The position numbers were made by a program, and so were the translations under genes. DNA of 64,000 bases from Paramecium tetraurelia (lineage: Eukaryota), in the NCBI GenBank assembly GCA_000165425.1, contig CT868030.1, positions 62,001 through 126,000 of the forward strand. The letters run 5' to 3'. The number at the start of each line of letters is the position of its first letter. Position 1 is the stretch's first letter. Positions 40,757 through 53,836 of the stretch are shown here, in pieces. The notes beneath the pieces are model-generated. The model was not told the origin of the DNA and searched no databases. It saw only the letters and a program-made list of their open reading frames with translations.

Positions 40757-43700
40757 ATGTAGTAGCAGTAAACATAATCTTAATTTTCTTAAGTTAATTT
40801 GCGTGTCCATGCTCATATTGTAAGAACAAGAAAGAGTAACAATAACCTTCTATCCATGATTGTAATTAGATTGAAAGAGAAAACGAAATGTTGAAAGCTG
40901 AAATTGCCAAGTTGCAATCTTTTGCTAACTCTAAAGGTAACACACAGGTTAATATATAACTATAGTTCCTGAATTCCAGCAATTGCTCAGAGACAATTAG
41001 TAGATGAAGAAAACTTTAGATCAAATGAATTAATAAATAAAAGAAGAAGAGGAAGAAATTTAGAGATAAAAGTAGGTTATAGACAGATTAAATTTTGATT
41101 TAGACAAATCAAAGAGAGATAATGAATAGTTACTTTAAGCTTTGAATGATATCAAACAAAGAGGATTGTCATAGGAACAATCTCTTTTGTAAGACAATCA
41201 GAGAATGAAATCTACAATTGATTCGCTGAATAATGATCTAAGAAGTTTGTAATAAGAAATTTATAGATTAAAATCAATTAACGATAAATCCAGATATATC
41301 TAAGATGAATCAAACCGTTATTAATAAGAGAATTAAGCCAATTTAGCAAGAATACGATAATTAGAGTTGTAGATAAGAGACTTGATGTCTAAGGAAGATA
41401 ACTATCAACTCCAAATCACAAGAGCAACTCAAGGAACAAATTCAGAAAATTAACTACTGAAGGATCAGATAGCTCAATTGAATTAATAATTGCTATTGAT
41501 GCAAAAACAATATTAAAAGCAATTGGACGAAGCAAGATTTGATCATGATAGATTGATTTCCGAATAAAAAAACACAATAAATGTCTAAATAAAGGATTAA
41601 TTGTTAAGAGACTAATAAAAGTGGATGGATGAAAGAGAGGCCTTGCTTCATGAAATTTAGTTATTGAAGTAACAGTTGGCATAGAATGAATTGCAAGTTA
41701 CTAGGAAAAGGTAGCTGTTGGAAGATGAAGCAAATAAGAATTAGCAGTTTGTTGTTGAATTGGAATAGGCAAACAATTAACTTTAGAATAAATTGAGAGA
41801 TCTGTAGATGCAATTGCAATAATCTGAGAAAGACAAAATGAGAACTGATTAATATGTGAGAAAAATCGATGAATTACAATTGTAAGTTGATTAATTACAA
41901 AGACAATTATATGATTTAACTAATAAATACAATAACTTATTGGGTCAATATGAATAGAAGAAGTATTAGGTTGATTAATTGAATGGGTAATTGAATTCCA
42001 ATTAGGATAATGAGAATTAAAAGATCATGAACATGGAAAGATAAATTAGAGAATTATAAGATCAATTGGCTGATATGTAAAGATTAAGATCATAACTGCA
42101 GTAAATGAATGAAAATTACGCAGCCCTGTAAATTACTTTTAGGAATTCCTAAAAGTAATTATCAGAAGCAGATGAGTTAAGACAGGAATTAGAGGCATTA
42201 CTATAAGATTTGGAATATTATAAACAATTAGATATGAAGAATAAGCAAGACTTAGATAAATATAAATAATAATTGATAATCATTGAAAACAAACAAAGTT
42301 AATAGGCTAATTATGAAGTTGAAAAATTAAGACAACAAAATCAATAATTGATTGATGAATTGAACGAACTAAAGAATAGAAATAAGTAATTAGAAGGAAA
42401 ACTTCAATCATAAATTGTTATTTTAAGCTAAGCTTAAAATGATTTATAAGCACATTAAGCATTGACTGAAAAATAATAATATGCTTTGAATGAGAGTAAC
42501 TAGTTAAGAGTTAAGATAAAAGAACTATTGGATTAAATTCAATATTTAGAAATGGAATTAAATAAAAGGGATTAGATAATTTAAGAATTACAAATAAATT
42601 TGGATTAATTTGGGAAATAAAGAGATTCATATATCTTGATAGAAAAGGAGAAGAAGGATTTTGAATATCGCATCATTCAATTAGAAAAATAATTAGCGGA
42701 ATTAACTATGTATAAAACACAATTTTTGGATCTATAAAGTAAATATAACAATTTTGGTTAAGAATATGAAAGTTTAAGAAAGGATTATGAAATATTAAGA
42801 TATAAATATGATGAAATTAACACATAATTTATATAATCTAAAAAGTAGATTAATATCTAAACGAATAGTGAATTGGAAGCATTGAAATCAGAGATGCAAA
42901 CATGGATTATTAAATGTAAAACTTATGAAAGTGAGATCACTTTTTTAAGATCTACTATCACTGATTATAAGGACATAGAGTAGGAATCAGATATGTTAAA
43001 GTAGGATTTAGAAACATGGTAAATTAAGTTCGCTGATGCAGATAGAGAAAGAATTTAATTAAGATAAAATATTTAAGAGTATGAGAAATTCAGATTCAGA
43101 ATTACAGAACTTGAAAGAGAGATATCAAATTCAAGACTAAAAATTGAAAATGCTGAAAAGGAAAGAGACAATCTAAGATAACAATTAATAGTTTTCTAAT
43201 AATAAAGAGTTTAGTATGATTAGATCAGGAAGGAGTATGATTCTCTAGGGTTCAAATTATAAGAATTAGAAAAGGAAAATCTGCAATTGCGCAACGAAAT
43301 TGAAGGTTTAAGACAATAATTGATTTCATTTTAGTAACTAAAATAATAAATAATATTTATTGAACAGGAGAAATCTTAACTATTATATAAAATTGAAGAA
43401 AGTGAAAAGGAAAAAAACTAATTAAGAATGTAGTATTAGAGTAGTCAAAGTAATTTTAGTGGTTATAAAATGTAAATGGATCAATTGAATTCTCAAATTA
43501 GTCAATATTAATCATAAGAGCTAGTAATGAAAAGAGAAATTGAGATGCTGATTAAGTAAATTGATGTTTTTAAGAAGGATCAATTCAACTTGTAGTAATA
43601 AATTTAGGAAAGTTAATTCAAATATTCTGAAATCATGAGAGAGTATGAAAATTTGTTGAACAAACAAAAAAGCATAGATGTGGATGCTTTGATGTATGAA

Positions 43701-44330
43701 ATATATGAATTGAAGAAGCAATTAGCTTCAAAAGACAAACAGTATGAATATGAGAGATAAGAAATTAATGAATAAAAGTATTAATTGGAGAAGAACGTGA
43801 AGATAAGGGTTGAACAAGAAATTAGAGTTTTAAATGAGAAATTTAACAGTGAATTAAATGAATTAAGAAGATAGATTTAAATTGAAAGATAAGATAAACT
43901 AAAAATAGAATCTGAAATGAAAAGTAGGTACGAATAAGTTGTCACAAAAGATTAACAAATTGAATTGTTGAGAAAAGAGCAATATCAGATGAGAGTGTAA
44001 TTGGAGTAAAGATTTAATGAATAGAAGTTATAATTTGAATAGGAGATTAGAATGAGATTAGAAAAGGAGTTGAGGATATCAATTGAATAAGAGATAAGAT
44101 ACTAGATAGAAAATGATTACAACTTTGAATCAAACATTTAAGACTATATCCTTTAGATTGACAAATGGAAATCTGTTTGCCAGATGAGAGATGAGGAGAT
44201 ATCTCATTTGAAAGGTTTGCAGTAAGCCTTTAAGGAGAAATTAAATTAATACACATCTGAAATTGAATCTCTAAAGACTTAATTAATGTTAGTGTAGGGA
44301 GATAGACGAACAGTATATTAAATAAAATGA
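40757..44330 (+). CDS. Long coiled-coil Q/E-rich protein (~1150 aa), probably cytoskeletal
   Basis: Continuous heptad-like Q/E/L/K sequence in code 6; a few introns in the first 400 bp; TGA 44328-44330. Confidence 0.75.
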
Positions 44331-44490
44331 TTTCATACAAATAATTTTATGAAGGAAATATTAGTAAGAATTTTAATATCCTAATTGTATATATATAAAT
44401 ATTTAAATATAATTAAAATGATTGAGATTAAAGAAAAGGGAGTAACAAGTTTGGAATTAAGCAAGTGTTTGATAAAGCGTTTAAATTTTC

Positions 44491-46191
44491 ATGATTGGAA
44501 AACTATAAGCAGGTTTGAATTATTCGGATATATTGAAAAATATTGATTATATACTTTATACTATAACATGTCAGGCGATTGTTTATAATAGGTAAAAACT
44601 CTCAACTTACGATTGGAAACATCTGAATACTCATGAGAAAGAGCTGCGCGTAGTTTGGTCTCCGAGTCAACCACCATCACCATCGAAAGCGATGTGTGAA
44701 TTTTCCTCTGGTGATTCTAGTCCTTGCGATGATGATCAATATTAAGCTAAAATAGAATTCATAGGTACAAAATTATCGATTCGTGAAATATGCAATTCTG
44801 TTCTCAATTCTAATTGCTATGAAATTCGGATTTTTGAACCTACAAAAACAGGAAAATATGAAAAGTTTATCTTTTTTATATCTACTTAGAATCCCACAGG
44901 AATGGTAAAATCAAAGAGATATCATACTTTTTAATTATGATCCAACCCTTGAAGTTTGTTAAGATAAACATTCCATAAAGAAGTATTTAAAAGAAAAGTA
45001 AGTTTATATAATTAAATATTATTATTAAATAGATTCAAAGAGTACCTATTTATCACAATTGAAGAAGTTCAAAAGATTTATTTGGCGGGAGAATAAGCAT
45101 ACATTATAAAAATAAATGAAGATAAATCCGCTCAATTCTTTTATTACAATATGAGTAAGAATCAACCAAAACACAAGAAATACATAGGGGAGAATTTTTA
45201 AGTATGCAGTAGGATTTTATCATTAAGGTGGGGATATTAAGAAAGATCAGAGACATATAAGTTTCATACAGAGTGATAATGAGATTCTTACCGATTTATT
45301 TCGTCAAAGAGAAAGTAGAGAGCATTATCTACGAAAGAAGATATGAAAAATATTAGATTGATTTTAGATAACTGAGAGTAGAAGAGTTATTTGAATGTAA
45401 TAACTAAACTCTATTTTTAGTTGAAGGATGCAAATATGGAATTATTTACTGTGATGATTTAAAATCTTCATAATAAATTGTTGATCTGCTGAATAAGTAA
45501 CATTAACACATTATAGATAAATAGGTATTTCTTTGAGAGGAAAATCTCTTAGCCAGAAATAATTGCAATCAATGAAGAGGGAAAAAGCATATCTTCAGTA
45601 TCTAATCGATAAGAATATTAAAATTTCTTTTAAATGAGTTACGATACGTAAAAAGTGATGAGATAAATATTGCAATAAGAAATTGATAAGGAGATCTAAG
45701 AGAAATAAGAGAGAATAGAAAAATAGGAAAAATTAGAAAAATTGGAAAAGCAGGAAAAATATGAAAAAGAAAAATAAGAAAAGGAGAAGGAGAAGGAGAA
45801 AGAAAAAGAGAAGGAAAAATAACATAGTGAAAAAAGTATCTTTAATAATAACGAAAGAAAAATACAATTAAGATATTATAATTAGCACTGTAGAACTTAA
45901 TAGTAGTAAATAGTTTGAACGATCAGAAAAATAAAATGAAAAAACAAATCATAGCCATCATTATTACAATAATAAATGTAATAAGTTTGCTTTTAATCTT
46001 GTAGATGAGAGTAGAAACAACATTAGAAGGTCTAGATCACAATCAAGGAGGAGAAGACACAGTTCAAGTGAAAGTTCTAAGTTAAAATATATAATTAATT
46101 ATATAACAGAAAATATTATGAAAGAAAGCATAGGTCGAATCGATATGAGACAAAAAGAAAATCGGGATGGGATAGCAAAACAAGGAAATGA
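44491..46191 (+). CDS. Hypothetical protein with EK repeats and RS-rich C-terminus, possible degenerate RRM
   Basis: Multiple tiny introns; EKEKEK tract ~45770-45820; RRSRSQSRRRRHSSSES...KSGWDSKTRK-TGA; start could be 44418 or 44491. Confidence 0.55.
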
Positions 46192-46734
46192 ATAAATTTT
46201 ACTGTAATTTTAAAACAACAAAACAAAAACTCAAAGGCATTTCAATAGAAAAATTATATTAAAAACTAAAAAGCTAAAATTTGAATCAAAACTCAAACTC
46301 AATTTAGGCTTCCTCTAAATATCAAACATATAACAATAAGCTAGGAAACCAGCTTATGTTAAATCAAAGAGAATAACAGTGAGATATCTATTCAGATCTA
46401 CACAGAAATATTTCTAGATTGAACAGTTTGTATATATTATTATCCAATATAGTAATCATAATTACTAATGTATCTTGAGTCTAAAAATTAAAAATAACAA
46501 CAAACAAGCTATATAAAGAGTGGTTCCTATATTTTATCTTAATAACTGATTATAACTATTTAATTATTTATTGAACTTTGTTTTCTATTTAATTTGATTC
46601 TCTATTTGATTCATCATTGGTTTTATGATTATAATTGGTTATTATTTACTGATTGCATGTAAATAAGTTTCGAAATAAATATTTATTTGTTTGAATATTT
46701 AAATTAATTATAGTTCACAAGATAAATATATTTT

Positions 46735-47786
46735 TCATGCATTACTATCTGAATCCCATTTAATTCTTTTACCCTAATACCATTCGCCAGCCTTTTCAAT
46801 TTCTCCATTTATATATACACCTTTGCCATGCTACTTTCCATTTTCCCATTCCCCTTCATACTTTCTACCATCACTCCATTAATATATTCCATAACCATGT
46901 TTTTGATCGTTAAAATAATGGCCCTCATATTTTCTTCCATCTGGCCATAAATAAATACCTCTTCCATGCATATTATTATTTTAAAATTCACCTTCATATC
47001 TTCTACCATCTGGCCATTAAAGAATTCCTCTACCATGTATTTTATTTTTATACCAATCTCCGTCGTAAACTTATCCATCTGCCCACTTATACCTCCCTTT
47101 TCCATGCTTCAATCCTTTTTAAAAAAACCCTTAAAACTATGATCCATCAGACCAAGTTTCTACACCATAACCATGTTGCTAATCACAAAACCATTATCCT
47201 TCATACTTTGGACCATTAAAATGCTGATAAATTCCATAACCATTAGCTGTATCATTTTCCCATTCTCCATCAAAAACATCACCATTTGCATGCTGAAATT
47301 TGCCTTTTCCATGAGCCTTATTGTATTTCCACATGCCCTCATACTTTGCTCCATCAGGCCAAATTTATATTCCATAACCATCTCTTGCCTTACCCTTCCA
47401 TTGTCCCGTATATATAGCTCCTCCTTTAAATCTTATAAGACATCTTTATACTTATGAGGTCCTCTATCTTCCTATGGAAATTCATCCTGATTCAAAGTAA
47501 CACCAGACGAAAAGAAAAACTCGTTAGCATCCACTCTAGAATTGTAACTATTCAAAGTTTCGCGTTTCTTGAGTCTCATTTATTTCAACTTTTTACGAAT
47601 TATATATCCTCTCCAATACGATTAAATAACGATAGCTTTTTTTATTTTTTTTTGATGTACAGAGGAAGAATCAGAAGTTGCTAAAGTCACATTATCCTAC
47701 TATCAAAATAAATTGATATTGCTTACAGTTTTAAGTACCTCATTTTTAGTATTGACGCATCTGCAATTAGTACATTGTGATCCCAT
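46735..47786 (-). CDS. IQ-motif plus MORN-repeat protein with N-terminal acylation signal
   Basis: [22 protein letters not shown], then tandem YxGxWxxxxxHGxG MORN repeats; intron 47700-47726. Confidence 0.9.
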
Positions 47787-47849
47787 CAAGATTAGAATAT
47801 TCAAAAAAAATATAATAAAATATGTGATAATAAATAATTTTTAATTCCA

Positions 47850-48680
47850 ATTTTATTATATCCATCAAATTCATTAGATGAAATCATAAAACCTCTACAT
47901 TCTAATCCCCATATTAATTATTTAAGTTCTTTTAAATTGTCAATAACCATTCTTTTTGAATAATTTCCAGTAAACTTGAAAACATTTCAGAAATCCTTTA
48001 ATACTTTCAAGAATTCAAATTTTTTAAGCAATTAATCAATTGCCTAAATTGAGATTTAATTATCCTGTTTTTTTAATCAAAATCACATAATTCTAAGCAA
48101 TTGGCCAAATTTATAAAAATTAAATAAATTATTCCTTAACATTAATAGCATTAGAACCATGCCCAATTAACCTCTCTATATAAATATAGATGATTCCTGA
48201 CTCCCGATATTTAATAAAACATCCATTAAATTTTGATTATTTCTGAAAATATATACCTTTGTAACCAAAGCATTCAAAATTTTATTAGCATGTATATATA
48301 TCAATGCGTAAATCTATTAATTATAATCCAATTTCTGATTCTTAAATATTTCGACTTTTTTAAGAATATGACAATGATGTCTTATATTTTTGAACCTTAA
48401 TTCTTAAATTTCCTTTATTGCTCATATGAATCATATATTATTATTACAACAAATAACTGTGTTTCTGCTTTGCAATTTACCAAAATTAGAAAGAATGAGG
48501 TTCTATATTCCTGTAGAATTTAATTTAATTGACAAAATTTAATGTTTCTCTTTATGAAGAAGAGAACTAAAACAACCATATGCAATTTTGATCAATTTCT
48601 TAAGTTTTATCCAGGGTTTATTTGCCATTTTTGGTATGCTTAAAACTTAACAAACTTGTTAATGATTTTTGTTATCATAA
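47850..48680 (-). CDS. Possible hypothetical protein or gene remnant
   Basis: Several long code-6 open stretches, but start, stop and frame joins could not be resolved. Confidence 0.25.
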
Positions 48681-48701
48681 ATTAAATATTATTATATTTA
48701 A

Positions 48702-49638
48702 ATGAGATCTCATCATCTTAGATAAAAACCTAAATCGGAAGAGGAGCGTTTTGCATAAAGAATATAACAAGTGAAAAATACATATTTAATTGGAGCAGAT
48801 GAAAAAAACTTGGCACCTCGAATAACAGCAAAATCATGGATTATTGTAGATTCATAATCTGGCGATGTTTTGTATTCCTTCAATGAGAATCAAAAGAGGG
48901 AAATAGCCTCAATCACTAAAATCATGACATTTTATGTTGTACTTAACATGTGTCGCACTATGAATGTGCAAACTAATAATACATATGCTGAAGTCAGTTT
49001 TTAAGCCAGTTCAGTGGGTGGCACTACTGCAGATCTACTCAAAGGAGATGTTGTTTCTATCGAAGATTTATTTTATGGTTTGATGTTACCATCAGGAAAT
49101 GACGCTGCAATGGCATTAGCTGAAAATTTTGGCATATATGCTATGTATTAAAATAAAATTAAAGGAAAGAATCCTTTAATTTATTTTATTCAAGAAATGA
49201 ATAACAAGGCTAGAGAGTTGCGAATGAGTCAAACCACTTATGCTAATCCTCATGGTTTAAATAATAAAAATAATGTTTCATCAGCTTATGATGTAGCTAA
49301 GCTGTGTAATTAATTATTAAAGGATGAATTCTTTCGTAAAGTAGTAAATACTAAAGTTCATTTTTCTACAATTTAAGATGAAGAAGGTATAACACTAAAT
49401 AGATTTATAATAAGGATTTACTAGAGATGTTATATGGGAAAACACAAATAAATTGTTGTATTAAGGCTTCAAAGGAATCAAAACTGGGAATACTTCTGTT
49501 GCTGGCCCTTGTTTAGCTAGTTACTATTAAACTGCTAACAGATCTTTTACAATTGTAATTTTGGGATGCAGAAACTAAGAAGATAGATGGTCAGAAACTA
49601 TGTAACTATTGCAATGGTGTTTATCACAAATTTAATGA
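48702..49638 (+). CDS. Serine-type D-alanyl-D-alanine carboxypeptidase (peptidase S11, low-molecular-weight penicillin-binding protein)
   Basis: EIASITKIMT (SxxK), LMLPSGNDAA (SxN), YANPHGL, SSAYDVA, NTNKLL, GIKTG (KTG); 28-nt intron 49387-49414. Confidence 0.92.
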
Positions 49639-49681
49639 TTTTTCTATATAACTTAATATAAATATAGAATAATTTCAATTT

Positions 49682-50378
49682 TCATTTGAATGTGAAAATC
49701 TTGATTGCTTCGATCTAATACTAAGTATATCATTTTGCAAAACTTTACTTTCAAATTGCAGAATATCTATATACTTATCTATTTTTGATTGTTCTTTAAT
49801 TTTTTGTGAAAAATTAATAAGATTGTCTATTTATCCTAAATTTGATTATCTATCTATCTTATCACCTATAGCATTTGATAACTAGTCCAGTTTAGCTTAT
49901 AATTTACCGTAATAAAGACCTTATTCCTCATTCATTATTTTTGAGTACTTTGAAGAGTATTATTTAATTTCGTTTTATTACTCAAAATAGTCCTTCTTCC
50001 CAAAAGTACTGAGTTCTTATAATTAATAAAGTTGTGATTATTAGCAATTAGAAGCGCTCTGATATAAAGAGGGTTAAGGAATTTTAACAGTTTAACCTTA
50101 TCCCTTAATAAAATTATTTTGTAATTACTGTATATCCGAATTCCTCTTAGGTGTTAATCCTATATCTATTGATTATTGTATGTTTTACTGCAAATAGTCG
50201 ATTTAAGTTTTAAGCGTGTCAGATTATTAGTGACAGATTGTTTGAGGAGACCAACTGGATTAGGGGATTTTTATAAAGGTGTCATAATTCTATCCTTGTT
50301 TTTAAGAGGGGAATTCTTAATTTTAGAAGAAATCTACCTTCTAAATTCCATAAAGGAGGAGGATAGATCATAATTCAT
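49682..50378 (-). CDS. Hypothetical protein, coiled-coil C-terminus
   Basis: MNYDLSSSFMEFRRQISSKIKNSPLK... with candidate introns; exact structure uncertain. Confidence 0.5.
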
Positions 50379-50492
50379 AAGGGATAGAAAATAAATATTT
50401 ATTATTTATATGAATTAGAAATAAGAATAAAAATTTTCACACTCATATGTTATATTAAAAGCAATCATTCATAAATTTTATTAAATAATAAT

Positions 50493-51879
50493 ATGAAAAC
50501 TTTGGTGTTCATCATTTGTGGTACTTTGATTTTTAATTAATTTGGTTTAGTTGTGTGTACACTTGCCTCTCATGCATACATATATCCCTTCAATGAAAAT
50601 AGCGTAAAGGATTTGGAAGGGCTTAATTAGAAGTAAATTGCGCAATTGATCAAATACAATATTGGTATGGTTGAACATGTCCAATAAGATTAGTAAAAGG
50701 CATTTGAGCAATTGATAATGTAAACTATGAGATTCATATCATAGATCCTTTGGTAAGGGCAATGTGTTGACACCTACAGAAATGAATTATTTGATTCTTA
50801 TAGAGAGTGACAAATTGTACTAGGGACAAGATGTGAAGTAATAGAGAGTTACTGAAGGATACGCTTAAAGTTTCAAGGTGTTGGAGAGAGAATAAAGATC
50901 TATGATGGAAACATTGTTTGGACCATAAGGTATTCTGTATTATGTAAATTCAATAGCTGACTCGCTCATTTAAAAAGCTAATGCTTTATTTAATAACAAC
51001 AATTTAGGTTTCAAAATATATCAAAACGAGGATGATTTGGATATCAATTATTTGAAATGGACAGTAACACTTTATCTAGGCAAAAATGTAAATGATAGTA
51101 AAATTATAGAACGAAGTTTATTTCTATGAACCAAATAAAGACAAGTCGTACAAGATTGATTCCTCATTGGAAAAGTGCGTTGATAACTTCTTCGGAACAA
51201 CTTTTGATTATGCTCCACAAGACAATAAAATCTATAAATACAATACAAATGAGATGTTGGAGATCAGAAAGGAAAACGAAGATCAAATTCTGGGATTTTT
51301 GAAGGACATCTGTGCCATGAACAAGCTTTCAACAATCTTCAAGAAGAGTATAAACCATTTCTAATGAAATTTTAGACAATTCTCCAAATATGTTATCAAT
51401 CATCAATAAATCTATTTCCAAATTAGAGAAGACTCTAAATGAATAAGAAATTGATTTGGTCTATGATATGATGAGGATTGCCCATAAAAAAGTAATCAAT
51501 AAGTATTATCATCTTCTAGCTCTCAAAAAACTTCAGAAACACTTTTGAAAGTGAAGATTTATTCGGTTTGATATTAATTGAAGAAGAGAAGAATCCTTAA
51601 TTAACCACAACCAAAGAATCTGCCAAAGTATAGAGAATATTGATGGAAACAAGAACCAGAATGCTTAATTAAGTCACTGTATTTTAAATGTATTATGTTA
51701 TCTAGCAAACTAATTCTTCAAGCTACGTAATGGATGCAACGACTTATTAGATTTATGTGTGGTTTGGAGTTTTCTTTGTAATTGTGTTGATTGGTATTAT
51801 TTATGCTATGGTCACCATGGATATTTAAAAGGATACATTATTATATGCTAAGTTCTTAACAACAGATCAAAGGAATTGA
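50493..51879 (+). CDS. Type I membrane protein, ATP6AP2/renin-receptor-like V-ATPase accessory candidate
   Basis: Signal peptide MKTLVFIICVVCTLA; single C-terminal TM (IYVWFGVFFVIVLIGIIYAMV) followed by TMDIQKDTLLYAKF; several introns. Confidence 0.6.
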
Positions 51880-51947
51880 GTAGTATATGTAAATATACAC
51901 CACATATGTTTTATAAAAATTAAAGATCATTCTCTTCACCACTAAAC

Positions 51948-52965
51948 TCACACTGTTGGCTATTCCTGATCCCATTACCAAATCATTGCCTTTCCATCCC
52001 AACTTGCTGAGCAGATCTGTTTCTCTGTATGAATTGAAAAATCAAGTCCCACTACAAACTCTGTATGTTTTGGATGATTTTTGCTATCACTATAAACATT
52101 AGATATTACATCAAAGGATTTGATGGTTCTTGAATGTTCCAAATCATAACACTCATGTCATATGAAGCAGACCCCAAAATAATTGCTTCATGAGGAGAAA
52201 ATTTAACCTTTCTTACAGGGTGTCTATGTCCTAATAATGTTTAAATAGGGGCTCTATTGATAATCTATGATGATTGTACTTCAGATTTCTGAGATCCCAT
52301 AACTTGATTGTTTTATCAGCTGAGGAAGTAGCAATTAGCTCTTCGTACTTGTTGAAGTCACAACTCAAAGTATCTGACATATGAGCCTTGATGGATGCTA
52401 TGTTCTTATTTGAAGGACTGTTCAAATCCCAAAGTCTCATTGCACCATCGTTTCCTGTTGTAGCAAACATGTTTTATTAAATTGGATGCCAAGTGCATGT
52501 ATAGGCACAACCTTTGTGAGTTTAGAAATATGCTACAGGTTTCTAAGCTGTAATATCAAATAATCTTGTTATTCCAATCAAATTAGATGCTAATAACCAA
52601 TTTGGATTTTTGTGTCCGAATTCAACACTTTAGATTTCTTCCTTTGATTCTAGATATTAAGTGAGAATTTATTATGTTCCTACATTCAAGACTTTTACAA
52701 GGCCATTTCCGCATCCTATGGCTATTACATTTGGATCAGCCTCACTCCAACTACAATCAAAAACTGCATCACTTTCTTCTACTTAAAACAATATCTTAAT
52801 TGGCTAATTTGGTTGGATTTATCCAATTATAATACGTCCTTTACCTTAAATACCAAAATTATCAGCACAGGTGATCGCAATCTTGTCAATATCAAATGGA
52901 CTGAATTTGGAAGACATACAACTCAAATTGCTAACAAAAAATGAAGGAGGTATTTGTTATTGCAT
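51948..52965 (-). CDS. PEX7: Peroxisomal targeting signal 2 receptor PEX7 (WD40)
   Basis: KFSPF...DNFGIQGKGRI, DAVFDCSWSE, LSCDFNKY, HPVRKVKFSPH, SASYDMSV, HTEFVVGLDF, SASWDG. Confidence 0.9.
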
Positions 52966-53836
52966 CTATATTAATAAATATAAAATTTAATTATAGTCAA
53001 AATTTCCAAATAATTTAATATTTCTAATCCATCACAAGCACATCTATTTATATTCAAATATCAAAGCTAGTCTTCCATAGTATATTAATATGCAAATAAT
53101 TATTGTAAATTATCTAATATTATTAACAAGATTATAAAATTGAATAGATTTAATCTTTAATTTTATACTATTCTATGAAATTATCTAATTGTTAAAAGTT
53201 TTTCTAATGATAATCAAATTAAGTAATGACTCCTGCTTTTCTATCACAGAGAGGTAGACAATTTAATATGTTATTTATATTAACTACTGCATTGTATTTA
53301 GTTTATATTTGTCCAGTGCAGTCCTATTTTATCTAGCATTTACAATTAATGTCTTCTTTTGGGATAAATATTCAATCAATCAAAATTATCAAATTGATAA
53401 ATGATTTACAATGGATTTTTTAGTCATCAAATAAAATGCTTTTAAATTGTTGTATTACCCTTTAGCAATTATTTATTCCTGAGGTTGTTCTGGAGATTCA
53501 ATTTAGTAATCTATGGAGCTCTAAGTGCAGGACTAAAGTTCATAATCTTTAAGGTTAAGGATTGAAAAAGAAAAGACCCAATGTTAAATTTAGAGAATAA
53601 TCATTTTTCAAAAGTTATAACAAATTTCTTGAAAGTATTGATGTCATCTATAATATTAAGTTTAAGAATTGAATCCTTAACTGAGATTTAGTTAATTCAC
53701 TTAAAATGAACAATGATTCTGTAATAAAGACTGATTAAGGTTGATCATATTATTAGCTATCTCTCATCATCGTTTTTAATAGTCAAATCTTTGATATTTA
53801 AACCAAAATTTAAGTAATAATGAAAATTCAATAATT

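Noticed and set aside
44418..44546. Apparent +1 frameshift at GAA AAA TAT TGA (Euplotes-like programmed frameshift)
   Set aside because: An ATG at 44491 is already in the downstream frame, so no frameshift is needed
46200..46730. Possible small minus-strand gene between the RS-rich and MORN genes
   Set aside because: One intron-like sequence is present but frames close early; not supportable
46750..47420. Periodic CCAT-rich repeats as CRISPR or satellite
   Set aside because: They are the coding MORN repeats of the minus-strand gene; no identical direct repeats with unique spacers
48702..49638. Bacterial contaminant or endosymbiont insert
   Set aside because: Uses TAA as Gln, has a tiny spliceosomal intron and matches host base composition
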